The position numbers were made by a program, and so were the translations under genes. Below the pieces are notes generated by a model. That model searched no databases and was not told where the DNA came from. It worked only from the letters and a program-made list of their open reading frames with translations. Shown here piece after piece: positions 6,513 through 14,873 of a DNA stretch of 39,820 nt. The first letter of the stretch is position 1, and each line of letters opens with the position of its first letter. This stretch comes from a virus (taxonomy: Duplodnaviria > Caudoviricetes), in the IMG/VR virus record IMGVR_UViG_3300037313_001230, positions 1 to 39,820 of that record. One strand, 5' to 3'.

Positions 6513-8042
6513 TCACGTGCCGGTGGGTGGAGGGATGTGGTGGGCGTGGTCGCCGGTCCAGCGGTGGCGGTACGCCCTGGCGGCGGCCTGGGGGCGTTCG
6601 CGGGCGACGAGGGCTCTCCAGCCGCCGGTGCCGGGTGGTGGTCCGACGCGGCCCTGGGGGGCGCTGGGGGGCGCTTCGGGGGGCGTGTGGGGCTCGGGTG
6701 TGCGCGGGGGTGCGGCGGGCTGCTGACGGGGCGTCTGGGCGCGCTGGGTGGCTATCTGCCGTACGCGGGTGTCGAGTTCGGCGTCGCGTTGGGCGCGGGT
6801 GGCCTCGGCCTCGCGGGTGTAGGCGCAGGTTGGGCAGTCGCGGCCGGCTTCGTGGTCGTCGGGGTCGGTGCTCCAGATGCGGCCGGTCTCACAGCGCGGG
6901 TCAGCGCAGCCGTGGCGGGTGAGGGCGGCGCCGATGAGCCAGCGGGCGAACGACCGGATCGTGCGTGGGTCGTCCGGGTCGGTGGTGCGCATGCGGGCGT
7001 AGCGGCGCTCGATGCGGTCGGTCAGGCGGTCGGGGTGCTGTCCGTCGCCGAGTTGGCGCAGGATCTCGCCGACGAGGCGTTCCCACTCCCAGGCGGTGAG
7101 CGCCGTCAGTTCGTGGCGTACGGGGTCCAGGACGGCGTGGACGGTGCGCCATGCGGCCGGGGTGAGGTCGAGGCCCGTACGGCGGCCGAACGTGTCCACG
7201 ACCAGGCCGCGTTCGTCGCGCGCGCTGGTTGCTGCAGGTCGCCTGCGGCGGATACCCAAGACGGCCCGCGGTGTGTTTCCCAGGTCGTTCAGTGCCTGGT
7301 CTTCCTTATACGCGAGCGCCCCGCCTTCAAGATCGGGAGCCGCCCCGCCTTCAGGATCAGGGGTCGCCTCCGGCTCGCCGACGGCGTGGACGGGGTGGTC
7401 GTGGACGGTGATGAGGTGGCGGCCGCGGTAGCCGGCGCGCCGGTCGAGGCTGATCCAGCCGAGTGCGGCGAGTTCGTCCAGGAGCTTGGAGACGACGGCC
7501 TCGGCGAGCGGGACACCGGCGCTCTTGCCGGAGTGATGGCGCAGGGCCCACGCCATCTCGGCGAGGGTGAGCTGCCGGTGTTCGACGACCTCGGTGTAGC
7601 GCAGGAACAGGTACAGGCGGTGCAGGGTGCCGCGCAGGGTGTCCGCGGCCAGCACCGGGGCGCACACGTACCGCTCGCCGGGCTCCAGGGCGCGGCAGGT
7701 GCGTTCGTTCGTGCGGCCGTTGCCGGTGCCCTCGTGGCTGCGCTGGCGGCGGGTGAGCTCGGTGATCCCGTCCGTCGGCGCGGGCCTCGACAGACGGCCC
7801 AGGGACTTTTGCGCGGTTGACTCAGCGACGCCGACGTAGACGCCGATCTTCTCGACCGAGGCCTCGCAGAACCGGTTCTTCGACAGCGCCCGGACCTTGC
7901 CGTAGATCTTCGTGTCGACGTCCGCGTACGCCTCGGCATCCGTGATGACGCGCAGCGGGTACCGCACCCACTGCCCGCGCCCAGCACCACCGGCCCCGCC
8001 ACGGTGGCGGGGCTCGGCGGCGGGCGCGGGCAGCTGGTGCAC
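6513..8042 (-). CDS. Replication initiator-like protein (winged-helix N-terminal region, Zn motif)
   Basis: 509 aa; HTH-like SVEKIGVYVGVAESTAQKSLGRL and TLAEMAWAL...VSKLLDELAALGWI; internal DNA repeats; HGCADPRC...CPTC. Confidence 0.65.
   Translation of the reverse strand: MHQLPAPAAEPRHRGGAGGAGRGQWVRYPLRVITDAEAYADVDTKIYGKVRALSKNRFCEASVEKIGVYVGVAESTAQKSLGRLSRPAPTDGITELTRRQRSHEGTGNGRTNERTCRALEPGERYVCAPVLAADTLRGTLHRLYLFLRYTEVVEHRQLTLAEMAWALRHHSGKSAGVPLAEAVVSKLLDELAALGWISLDRRAGYRGRHLITVHDHPVHAVGEPEATPDPEGGAAPDLEGGALAYKEDQALNDLGNTPRAVLGIRRRRPAATSARDERGLVVDTFGRRTGLDLTPAAWRTVHAVLDPVRHELTALTAWEWERLVGEILRQLGDGQHPDRLTDRIERRYARMRTTDPDDPRTIRSFARWLIGAALTRHGCADPRCETGRIWSTDPDDHEAGRDCPTCAYTREAEATRAQRDAELDTRVRQIATQRAQTPRQQPAAPPRTPEPHTPPEAPPSAPQGRVGPPPGTGGWRALVARERPQAAARAYRHRWTGDHAHHIPPPTGT
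7300..7358. repeat. Candidate replication origin iterons within initiator gene
   Basis: CGCCCCGCCTTCARGATC at 7317-7334 and 7341-7358 (17/18 identical) next to A/T-richer TCTTCCTTATA. Confidence 0.45.
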
Positions 8043-8082
8043 GGTGTCCTATCGGGTGACGGCGGAGCGGGCGGTGTGGGCG

Positions 8083-8463
8083 TCAGGCCGTGGCTGGAGC
8101 CGGGGATCCGGTGTGCGCGCCGATGGCGGGCGGGAGGGTGAGGGTGACGGGCCAGATCCGGCGGTCGGCCCAGCGGTGGATGTCGGGCCGCTGCAGGAAC
8201 CCGGCGTCGGCCAGGCCGGTAAGGGCGCGGCGTATGCCGTCCCGGGACAGGCGGGTGTCGTGGGCGAGGCGGGCGGGCCGCTGGGGACCGCCCGGCGGGA
8301 GGTAGCCGGCCGGGCCCGCGTGGTGTGCGAGGACCAGGCCGACCGACCGCTCGGCCAGGCCGAGGTCGCTGTCGAACAGGGCGCGCTCCCAGCGATGGCG
8401 GTCGAACGCGGGCCGCACGCGGATCGTGGCGGGGGTCGGTATCGGGCTGGCAGCTTCAGCCAC
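8083..8463 (-). CDS. Winged-HTH protein
   Basis: AAGGAG RBS before GTG 8463; ARLAHDTRLSRDGIRRALTGLADAGFL. Confidence 0.7.
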   Translation of the reverse strand: MAEAASPIPTPATIRVRPAFDRHRWERALFDSDLGLAERSVGLVLAHHAGPAGYLPPGGPQRPARLAHDTRLSRDGIRRALTGLADAGFLQRPDIHRWADRRIWPVTLTLPPAIGAHTGSPAPATA

Positions 8464-8698
8464 GGCTGTTCTCCTTCGTAGGTGGGTTGGGTCCGGGGCA
8501 GGTCTGGGCGTGGTCGGCCACGCGCATGCGAGCGGTGAGGTCGGCGACGTCGTGGACGCCGACGGCCACCTCATGGCAGCCGCGGGCGCAGGTGAACGTG
8601 GCGGTCGGCAGGCGCAGCCACACGTCGCGCTCCTGGTGGAACCAGCCGGCATCGACGTGCAGGCCGTAGAACCTGCGCGTCGGCCACCACGCGGCCAC
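8456..8698 (-). CDS. Small Cys/His protein (about 80 aa)
   Basis: FTCARGC...HAQTCP; overlaps next gene start. Confidence 0.55.
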   Translation of the reverse strand: MAAWWPTRRFYGLHVDAGWFHQERDVWLRLPTATFTCARGCHEVAVGVHDVADLTARMRVADHAQTCPGPNPPTKENSRG

Positions 8699-8703
8699 GT
8701 CCC

Positions 8704-8832
8704 TCAGCCCTCGGCGGGCGCGACCGGCGCCGGGGCCGGACTCGGCGCGGGCTCGGCGCCGGAGGCCGGACGGTCGCAGCCGAGCACGCCGAGCAGCAGC
8801 GCTGCGGTGATGAGGAGCCAGATGCGGTACAC
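8704..8832 (-). CDS. Tiny putative lipoprotein (42 aa; not in ORF track)
   Basis: MYRIWLLITAALLLGVLGCDRPASGAEPAPSPAPAPVAPAEG; GGAGG RBS; lipobox-like VLGC. Confidence 0.6.
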   Translation of the reverse strand: MYRIWLLITAALLLGVLGCDRPASGAEPAPSPAPAPVAPAEG

Positions 8833-8916
8833 GCCGACCTCCGTACGGTTGTTCGATTGGGGTTGGTCCGGCCGCCCCTTGTGGGTGGGTTGAGCGACCG
8901 GGCGGCCGGACCGGTC

Positions 8917-9423
8917 TCAGACGGCCTCGGCGGGCGAGGGCGGACGGGCGCCGGGGCGCGGGAGCGGGCGCAGGGTGATGGAGCTGACGAAGAACTCCTG
9001 GCCGGGCGCGATCTCGCCGCAAGCCAGAGCGCGGGCGTAGTGGTGGGCGAGCGCGGTGATGGCCTGGTGCGCCAGCGCCTCAGCCGTGCGGCCGGTCTGC
9101 GCCAGCACCGCCAGGTCCCGGCGCACCGCCGGCCACTTGCTCAGATCGATGCCCGCGAGCGGCTGCGCCATCCGGCGCGGCAGCGGACGCGGCGACTCAC
9201 CCTGCGGCGCACCTTCCGGCGCGTCACCCTCGCTGACCTGCGGCGCATCCGGCACGTCCGGCGCACCGGGCGGCGCGCTTTCCGGCGCGGGCTCGCGCTC
9301 GATGGCGGCCAGGTCGCGGCGCACCGTGTCCTTACCGACCCCGAGCCGCTCGGCGATGGCGCGCCGGGACAGGCCCTCCTCGTGCAGCTGGCGCACCAGC
9401 GTGCGCCGGTCCGCCCGCGTCAC
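8917..9423 (-). CDS. HTH DNA-binding protein
   Basis: GTGA-coupled start; VRQLHEEGLSRRAIAERLGVGKDTVRRDL. Confidence 0.8.
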   Translation of the reverse strand: MTRADRRTLVRQLHEEGLSRRAIAERLGVGKDTVRRDLAAIEREPAPESAPPGAPDVPDAPQVSEGDAPEGAPQGESPRPLPRRMAQPLAGIDLSKWPAVRRDLAVLAQTGRTAEALAHQAITALAHHYARALACGEIAPGQEFFVSSITLRPLPRPGARPPSPAEAV

Positions 9424-9659
9424 CGCGCCACCTCGACCGCGTCGTCGGCCGTCGGACCGCAGGTGCACTCGTCGTAGCGCGCGCCCTGGCCGATCGCGCA
9501 GGCGCAGTTGTCGCCGTCGCAGTTGTCGCACTCGCCGGGCTCCCGGCTGTCCGGATCGCCCGGGCACTCGCAGCCGCACACGCAGCCCTGGCCGCAGTCG
9601 CAGCGGCACATGCCCTCACCGCACGGCTCGGCCTCGTCGTAGTAGTCGGCGGCGCTCAC
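9420..9659 (-). CDS. Cys-rich acidic metallothionein-like peptide (79 aa)
   Basis: GTGA overlaps at both ends; 14 Cys in CxC/CxxC clusters. Confidence 0.65.
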   Translation of the reverse strand: MSAADYYDEAEPCGEGMCRCDCGQGCVCGCECPGDPDSREPGECDNCDGDNCACAIGQGARYDECTCGPTADDAVEVAR

Positions 9660-10453
9660 GACGCGGGGCCGCCAGTCTGCTCGTCCTGGGCCGCACGCTG
9701 CTTGCGGTGCGTCGCCTTCGCCGGGAGCAGCACGAAGCGGAGGGACTGCTCGATGAGGAGGCCGAAGCGGTAGGCGGCGTCGGCGGTGCCCTGCGCGATG
9801 GCCGCGCACTCGTGCATCTCGGACGCCTCGTGGTCGGCGATGTAGTCCTGCTCGGAGATCTCCTGACCGAACTCCGCGGCGTTCAGGCACTCCATGAGCT
9901 GCTGGTGTGCGGCCGTCACCCTGCGCAGTTCGCTGTAGCGGTCGTCCTCAAGGGCGCCGAGGTCGGCGTCGAAGCCGGCGGGGACCAGGGCGCGCCGGTC
10001 CTCGGCGAGGGGCAGCTCGACGCGGGACGGGGTGGCGCCGGCGCGGACCTGGCGGACGGCCCAGGCCGCGCCGGAGGCGAACAGCAGCGCCTGGTGCTCG
10101 TACTCGTTGTGCGTGCGGAGCTGGAGGTCGGAGTAGAGGCGCTGCACGTCGAACAGCGCGTCGATGTGCGGGGAGCGCTCGGAGGGCGTGGCCTCCCAGC
10201 CGCGGGCGTTCGGGCCGGGCTGGCCGGTGACGGTGCCGTCGTGCATGAGGCGGCGCTGCACGTCGGCCCGGGCGTAGCCGAGCGCGGCGTCACGGGCGGC
10301 GTGCTGCCACTCCAGGGCGGCTTCGCCCAGGGCGCGGACGCTGTCGGTCAGATGCTCGAACCAGGGCGCGTTCTTCGGCGCGAGGTTGTACGACAACGGG
10401 ATCTCCAGGAGGTGTTGTTGGTGCCGGGCGGGCGGGACGGTTGGTGAGGGCAC
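9656..10453 (-). CDS. Hypothetical helical protein (265 aa)
   Basis: Protein-like composition, GC-rich third positions, coupled to downstream gene. Confidence 0.75.
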   Translation of the reverse strand: MPSPTVPPARHQQHLLEIPLSYNLAPKNAPWFEHLTDSVRALGEAALEWQHAARDAALGYARADVQRRLMHDGTVTGQPGPNARGWEATPSERSPHIDALFDVQRLYSDLQLRTHNEYEHQALLFASGAAWAVRQVRAGATPSRVELPLAEDRRALVPAGFDADLGALEDDRYSELRRVTAAHQQLMECLNAAEFGQEISEQDYIADHEASEMHECAAIAQGTADAAYRFGLLIEQSLRFVLLPAKATHRKQRAAQDEQTGGPAS

Positions 10454-10480
10454 GTCCCGCCCGCCCGGAGTGCGGGTGGG

Positions 10481-10846
10481 TCAGGCGCTCGCCCGGGCGG
10501 GCGCGGGCAGGCCGAGGAGGGCGTGGCGCTCCCACGGCACGGCGAGCGCGTCGAGGCGGGTGCCGGGATGGATCCGGCCGAGCCGGGCGCCGCACTGGCA
10601 GGTGCCGACCAGGTCGGCACCGTCGTAGTGGACGACCAGGGCGTGAGCGGTGCCGGCGGTCAGGTCCGCGGTCAGGGCCGTGTCGATCGCCTCGGCGAGC
10701 TGCGGCACCGTCGCGACCCAGTCCGCGACGGTGGACGCGGGGGCGAGGCCCTGGACCAGGCGCTCGCGCAGCTCGTGCCCGAGGACCGGCCGGGCCAGCA
10801 CCGGGGCGCGCAGGACGGCGGCGATGAGCTCGGCACGGGTGGCCAT
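10481..10846 (-). CDS. Hypothetical protein
   Basis: GAGGAG RBS, TGATG coupling; GTCQCG motif. Confidence 0.65.
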   Translation of the reverse strand: MATRAELIAAVLRAPVLARPVLGHELRERLVQGLAPASTVADWVATVPQLAEAIDTALTADLTAGTAHALVVHYDGADLVGTCQCGARLGRIHPGTRLDALAVPWERHALLGLPAPARASA

Positions 10847-11094
10847 CACAGCTCCTCGGGGTAGCGGTAGCGGGCGCGTGTGGCGCGCACGCGGCGGCCG
10901 CGGGCCAGCAGGAACTCGGGATGCCAGCCCCCACCACGCCAGCCCCCATGGGGCAGCAGTGGGGGCGCTTTGCGGGCGGTCTGGCCGATGCGCGCCGGCG
11001 GGCGGCGGAAGACGGCCGTGTCGACCATGCCCGCGACGATCAGCAGCAGCCCGACCACGGCGGCGGGGCTGATGGCCCACACGACGGTGCTCAT
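10846..11094 (-). CDS. Small membrane protein
   Basis: ATGA-coupled start; VVWAISPAAVVGLLLIVAGMV. Confidence 0.6.
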   Translation of the reverse strand: MSTVVWAISPAAVVGLLLIVAGMVDTAVFRRPPARIGQTARKAPPLLPHGGWRGGGWHPEFLLARGRRVRATRARYRYPEEL

Positions 11095-11621
11095 GCGATC
11101 GCCCCCTCGGTGCGCTCGTCGTACGCGGTCAGGGCGATGTCGAGGTAGACCGCGTGATCCCAGCGCGCCGTCGAGGCCTGCGGGGATCGCACACAGGAGC
11201 AGCGCAGGCCGCACAGGGCGGCGTGCATCGCGGCCTCGGCGATCACGGCCGGGTCGGCGAGTTCGTCGACGTCGAGGACGACCAGGTCGTCCGCCGTGCG
11301 CGCGGACCAGCCCGCCCGGTGCGACCACTGCACGGTCAGGCCGTCCGCCTGCAGGGTGGGCGGGACCAGGTCGTCGTGCCCGGGCAGCCACTCCAACCGC
11401 ACGAACAGCTCCCGCTGGGGGCCGCCGGGCTCGCTGCGCATACCGGTCTCCACCGTGTCCGGCAGCAGCACGAGCTCGGCGAGCGCGGCGTCGATGGCGT
11501 CGGCGTAGCGGGTCTGCGGGAGGGTGGCGCGGGTGGCGTCGTCCACGGACAGCTGGCCGCTGTCGTGGATGCTCTTCCCGTCGCCGCCCGCCGCGGGCCT
11601 GGTCTCCTCGATGGCGCTCAC
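11091..11621 (-). CDS. Hypothetical protein
   Basis: GTGA-coupled start 11621; L.VQWSHRAGWS...LADPAVIA pattern. Confidence 0.65.
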   Translation of the reverse strand: MSAIEETRPAAGGDGKSIHDSGQLSVDDATRATLPQTRYADAIDAALAELVLLPDTVETGMRSEPGGPQRELFVRLEWLPGHDDLVPPTLQADGLTVQWSHRAGWSARTADDLVVLDVDELADPAVIAEAAMHAALCGLRCSCVRSPQASTARWDHAVYLDIALTAYDERTEGAIA

Positions 11622-12283
11622 CGGGCACCGCCGGCCGACTCGTGCTCGGCGAGGCGGGCGCCGATCCACCGGGCGGCCGCCGCGATGGTGCGCAGCGCGC
11701 TGCCACCGCGGCCGCGGCCGTCGTTGGCGTGCGTCCACCGCAGGCGCTGCCCGAACCCGAACTGCCCCTCCGGGTCGGGTACGGCGAGCGCCGTCCAGAC
11801 GACGCCTCCCTGCTTGCCGCGGCCCTGGGTGATCTGCCCGACGACGACGTCGGCCGTGACCTGCTTGACGCGGGGGCGGGTGACGACAAAGTCGTGCCGC
11901 TCGTCCTTCCTGGCGCAGAGGTCGTGGTGCAGCCACGGCTCGCCGGGCCACAGCAGCAGACCGGCCGCCTGACGCGGCGGCAGGCCGTAGCCGAGGACCT
12001 CGGCGTCGGTGGTCCTGATCCCGGTGTCCGGGGTGTCCTCGCCGGTGACGACCTGCGCGGCGCCGCACGAGCGGCACACGATCCGCACCATCACCTGGCC
12101 GAAGGTGTTGCCGTGCCCGCAGTCCTCCTCCGGGCAGTCGTGCTTCAGCGGCGGCTCACCGTGCCAGGGATGGCGGTAGACGCGCACCTCACGGCGTACG
12201 GCGACGTCCCACACCGGGCGCTTACAACCCGCGTGGTGCTGCGGCTGCTCCCACCCCAGGTAGGTGTCCAGGGCCGAGATCAC
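11618..12283 (-). CDS. Hypothetical Zn-binding protein (221 aa)
   Basis: HHAGC, HDCPEEDCGH, CRSC; coupled at both ends. Confidence 0.75.
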   Translation of the reverse strand: MISALDTYLGWEQPQHHAGCKRPVWDVAVRREVRVYRHPWHGEPPLKHDCPEEDCGHGNTFGQVMVRIVCRSCGAAQVVTGEDTPDTGIRTTDAEVLGYGLPPRQAAGLLLWPGEPWLHHDLCARKDERHDFVVTRPRVKQVTADVVVGQITQGRGKQGGVVWTALAVPDPEGQFGFGQRLRWTHANDGRGRGGSALRTIAAAARWIGARLAEHESAGGAR

Positions 12284-13347
12284 GACTCACCCCCGGCAAC
12301 CTGCCATCCGGCGGCCGCGAGCTCGGCGGGCGTGGCGCACGCCGAACACAGCTTGACCACCAGGTAGTTGGGCACCCAGGCGCAGCCGCCCTCGCAGGCC
12401 TGCGCGTCGGTGCAGCCGCAGCGCACGCAGCGTGCGACGTCGTCGGCGGGCACGGCGTGGCCCTGCTGGTCGGGATCGATGGCGGCGGCCCTGTCGGCGG
12501 TGGCGAGCTCGTCCCCGGCGCGGGTCATCGCGGACGTCGCACACCTCGACGAGCAGTACCAGCGCGGGTGGTCACCGAGGCCGGCGACCTCGACGCGCAC
12601 CCACCCGGACAGGGCCGGGTCGGAGGCGTCGTAGTCGTCGACCGTGCCGCACCCGTCCGTCTCGCACGGGGCGTGAGGGTCGGGGTCGGGTTCGTCGCCG
12701 TCCAGGAGCAGCCACAGGTGCAGTCGCTGCTCGGGGGTGAGGACGAGGCTTGCCCGGGCGCCGTGGGCGGTGACGCACTCGATGTACGCCCGCTGGTCGG
12801 CCGCGTCGGGGCGAGGGATGTGGACGCGCTGCGTGAACCCGAGGGTCATGGGGATGCCGTCGAAGGCGGTGCGCTCGTACTCGGCGGCCGCCGCGACCTC
12901 GGCGACCGAGATCATGTGGGTGCCCGGGCGGCCCTCGACGAGGCGCATCACCGCGTCGAGCTGGCGCTTGATGCCGGCCATCGCGGCGAGCTGGCGGCCG
13001 CGCTCGGCGAGCTCGGCGGCGTCCTCGGCGTGCGCCTGCTCGGCCGCCGCGTCCGCGATGTCCTGGGCGCGGTACGGGTCGAACAGGATGCCGGTGTCGT
13101 GCTCGGCCTGCGCGATCTCGCGGGGCGTACCGGCGCCTCGCTTCATCGCCGCGGCGATCACGCCCTCGGCGGTCGTCACGAGCGTCGGCGCAGGCGCTGC
13201 GGTAGCCGGAGTCGGCGCCGGGGAGCCGACGGGGGCCGGGATCGCGACACCGAACGTGGCGAACGCGGCCTGCGGCGTCGGCTGTGCGGTGGTGTGCGGC
13301 GCCTCGGGGGACAGCGCCCCGGGCTGGTTCTGGGATGATCCGTTCAC
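12280..13347 (-). CDS. Multidomain early protein with Cys-rich Zn fingers
   Basis: CETDGC...WYCSSRC and C-terminal CVRCGCTDAQACEGGCAW...LCSAC; AGGAG RBS (start 13347 or 13356). Confidence 0.75.
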   Translation of the reverse strand: MNGSSQNQPGALSPEAPHTTAQPTPQAAFATFGVAIPAPVGSPAPTPATAAPAPTLVTTAEGVIAAAMKRGAGTPREIAQAEHDTGILFDPYRAQDIADAAAEQAHAEDAAELAERGRQLAAMAGIKRQLDAVMRLVEGRPGTHMISVAEVAAAAEYERTAFDGIPMTLGFTQRVHIPRPDAADQRAYIECVTAHGARASLVLTPEQRLHLWLLLDGDEPDPDPHAPCETDGCGTVDDYDASDPALSGWVRVEVAGLGDHPRWYCSSRCATSAMTRAGDELATADRAAAIDPDQQGHAVPADDVARCVRCGCTDAQACEGGCAWVPNYLVVKLCSACATPAELAAAGWQVAGGES

Positions 13348-13429
13348 GGTCTCCACTCCTGATGTGGTGTGTGGATGTGCCGAGGGGTCGTGCGCGGGTG
13401 GAGCCGGGCACGGCCCCGAACTGTGTGCG

Positions 13430-13600
13430 TCAGGCGGCCGGCCGTACCGTCCGCTGTCGCGGCGCCGTGGCTGCGCGCTCGGCGGCCAGGCGGGACTGCA
13501 GCGGCACGAGACGGCGGATGCGACGGGCGTCGTCGGCGGACAGCGGCGGCGCCGCGTAGACGAGCGTGCGGATGTACGCCCGCCGCTCTTCGGCGGTCAC
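13430..13600 (-). CDS. Candidate recombination directionality factor (56 aa; not in ORF track)
   Basis: MTAEERRAYIRTLVYAAPPLSADDARRIRRLVP...; GTGA-coupled to cro; motif recalls phiRv1 RDF Rv1584c. Confidence 0.55.
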   Translation of the reverse strand: MTAEERRAYIRTLVYAAPPLSADDARRIRRLVPLQSRLAAERAATAPRQRTVRPAA

Positions 13601-13818
13601 GCCGACTTCCGGTCGAACTCGGCGACGTCGAGATCCAGCAGGTCGGCCAGCACGCTGCGCAGCTTGGGGCGCGGGATCTGCCGACCGCGTTCGATCCGGC
13701 TCAGCGTCGACTCGCTCACAGGCGCGCCATCAGCACTGCACTTCTCGGCCAGTTCCTGCAGAGTCATGCCGCGCCGAAGCCTGCCGTGCTTGAGTGGGCT
13801 TCTCAGTTCACTTGGCAT
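13597..13818 (-). CDS. Cro-like XRE HTH regulator
   Basis: RLRRGMTLQELAEKC...VSESTLSRIERGRQIP; divergent from repressor; probably leaderless from ATG 13818. Confidence 0.85.
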   Translation of the reverse strand: MPSELRSPLKHGRLRRGMTLQELAEKCSADGAPVSESTLSRIERGRQIPRPKLRSVLADLLDLDVAEFDRKSA

Positions 13819-13966
13819 GAGACGCAACTTAGCGACTCAAGACGTAAGAAGCAATAAGTAGGAGTACGCAAGTTCCCGCAAGCTGGCATGCATGCCGCTG
13901 CCACCTTGCGTGAGCTTGCGTAAGGTTGCGTTTACTTCAAATGTCGACTCGCCGCGGAGGACCGGG
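13819..13966. promoter_or_regulatory. Immunity switch: divergent promoters and operator array
   Basis: - strand TTGCTT-N17-TAAGTT; + strand CTGCCA-N17-TAAGGT; seven ACGCAAG-like heptamers around palindrome GGCATGCATGCC. Confidence 0.75.
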
Positions 13967-14422
13967 ATGGAGCCGTTCAAACGGCTGGATGAGGCGATGA
14001 ACGCCAGGCGCCTTGAGCTGCGCCTGAATTGGCGCCAGGTATCCGAGGCTGCAGGCATCTCGTACACGGCGCTGCGCGCCATCCGGAAGGGCGAGTATCG
14101 ACCCACAGAGCTCACGGCCCGAGGGCTCGACGAGGCGCTGCGATGGCGACCCGGTAGCACCCTCGCCCTGCTCGACGGCGGCGCGCCAACGCCGATCGAG
14201 GAGGCCGAACCACCGGCACCCTCGACCGAAGAGGGCAGCACGACCCTGCGGCAAGAGCTAGCCCTCGCACAGCGACTCCTGCTCGCGACAATCCGCGAAC
14301 TGGACCTACAGCCGGACGAGGCCGAGGAGGTATGGCGGCGCGTGCGGCTGGAAATCGAGGCTACCCACCGGTCACAAGCGGTCGATAACGACCAGAATGA
14401 GCGGAGTCGTCGCACCGGATAG
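13967..14422 (+). CDS. Immunity repressor (XRE HTH)
   Basis: GGAGG RBS before ATG 13967; RRLELRLNWRQVSEAAGISYTALRAIRKG...LDEALRWRPGS; one of two + strand genes, between cro and integrase. Confidence 0.85.
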   Translation: MEPFKRLDEAMNARRLELRLNWRQVSEAAGISYTALRAIRKGEYRPTELTARGLDEALRWRPGSTLALLDGGAPTPIEEAEPPAPSTEEGSTTLRQELALAQRLLLATIRELDLQPDEAEEVWRRVRLEIEATHRSQAVDNDQNERSRRTG

Positions 14423-14528
14423 TCACGTTCCGATCACGATGCGTTGAAAATATTGTGTGTTTTACCGCTACGTTGCGGAAGGTAGTCACCCCAGGCACAT
14501 ATGCCACATGCACCTATGGGGGGTAGGG

Positions 14529-14873
14529 GTGACTGAAAGTGCACGAATCGTCGCAGCCGTTTCGGCCGGCGCCCTTCTGGCGCTCGCCGCGATGCTCGCC
14601 GTCCGGTACACCGCCATGGCGAGGAAAGCCGAGCGGGACCGTCGCGTCGAGCTCGCCGTGCGGGCTGTACTCGGCGGCGTTGAAACGCTTCGTCGGGAGT
14701 CTGACCGGCCGCCTGAAGTAGGACCGACGCCCGAGGAGGAACGATCCTGCGTGGCCGCGGTCACGGCCGCAGAGGTGCAGGCCCGCGCGCACCTGCGCCT
14801 GGTCGTTACGAAGCCGCGCCGCCCGCGAGCGGCGCGACTGGGGGACGCATCACGCAGGGCGTCGTCGTCGTGA
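14529..14873 (+). CDS. Membrane-anchored protein downstream of repressor
   Basis: N-terminal TM IVAAVSAGALLALAAMLAV; converges on and overlaps integrase 3' end; start uncertain. Confidence 0.55.
   Translation: MTESARIVAAVSAGALLALAAMLAVRYTAMARKAERDRRVELAVRAVLGGVETLRRESDRPPEVGPTPEEERSCVAAVTAAEVQARAHLRLVVTKPRRPRAARLGDASRRASSS

Noticed and set aside
3880-13861. Long + strand ORFs (e.g. 3880-5097, 6231-7820, 10880-12367)
   Set aside because: Antisense shadows of - strand genes in very high-GC DNA; no motifs and biased composition.
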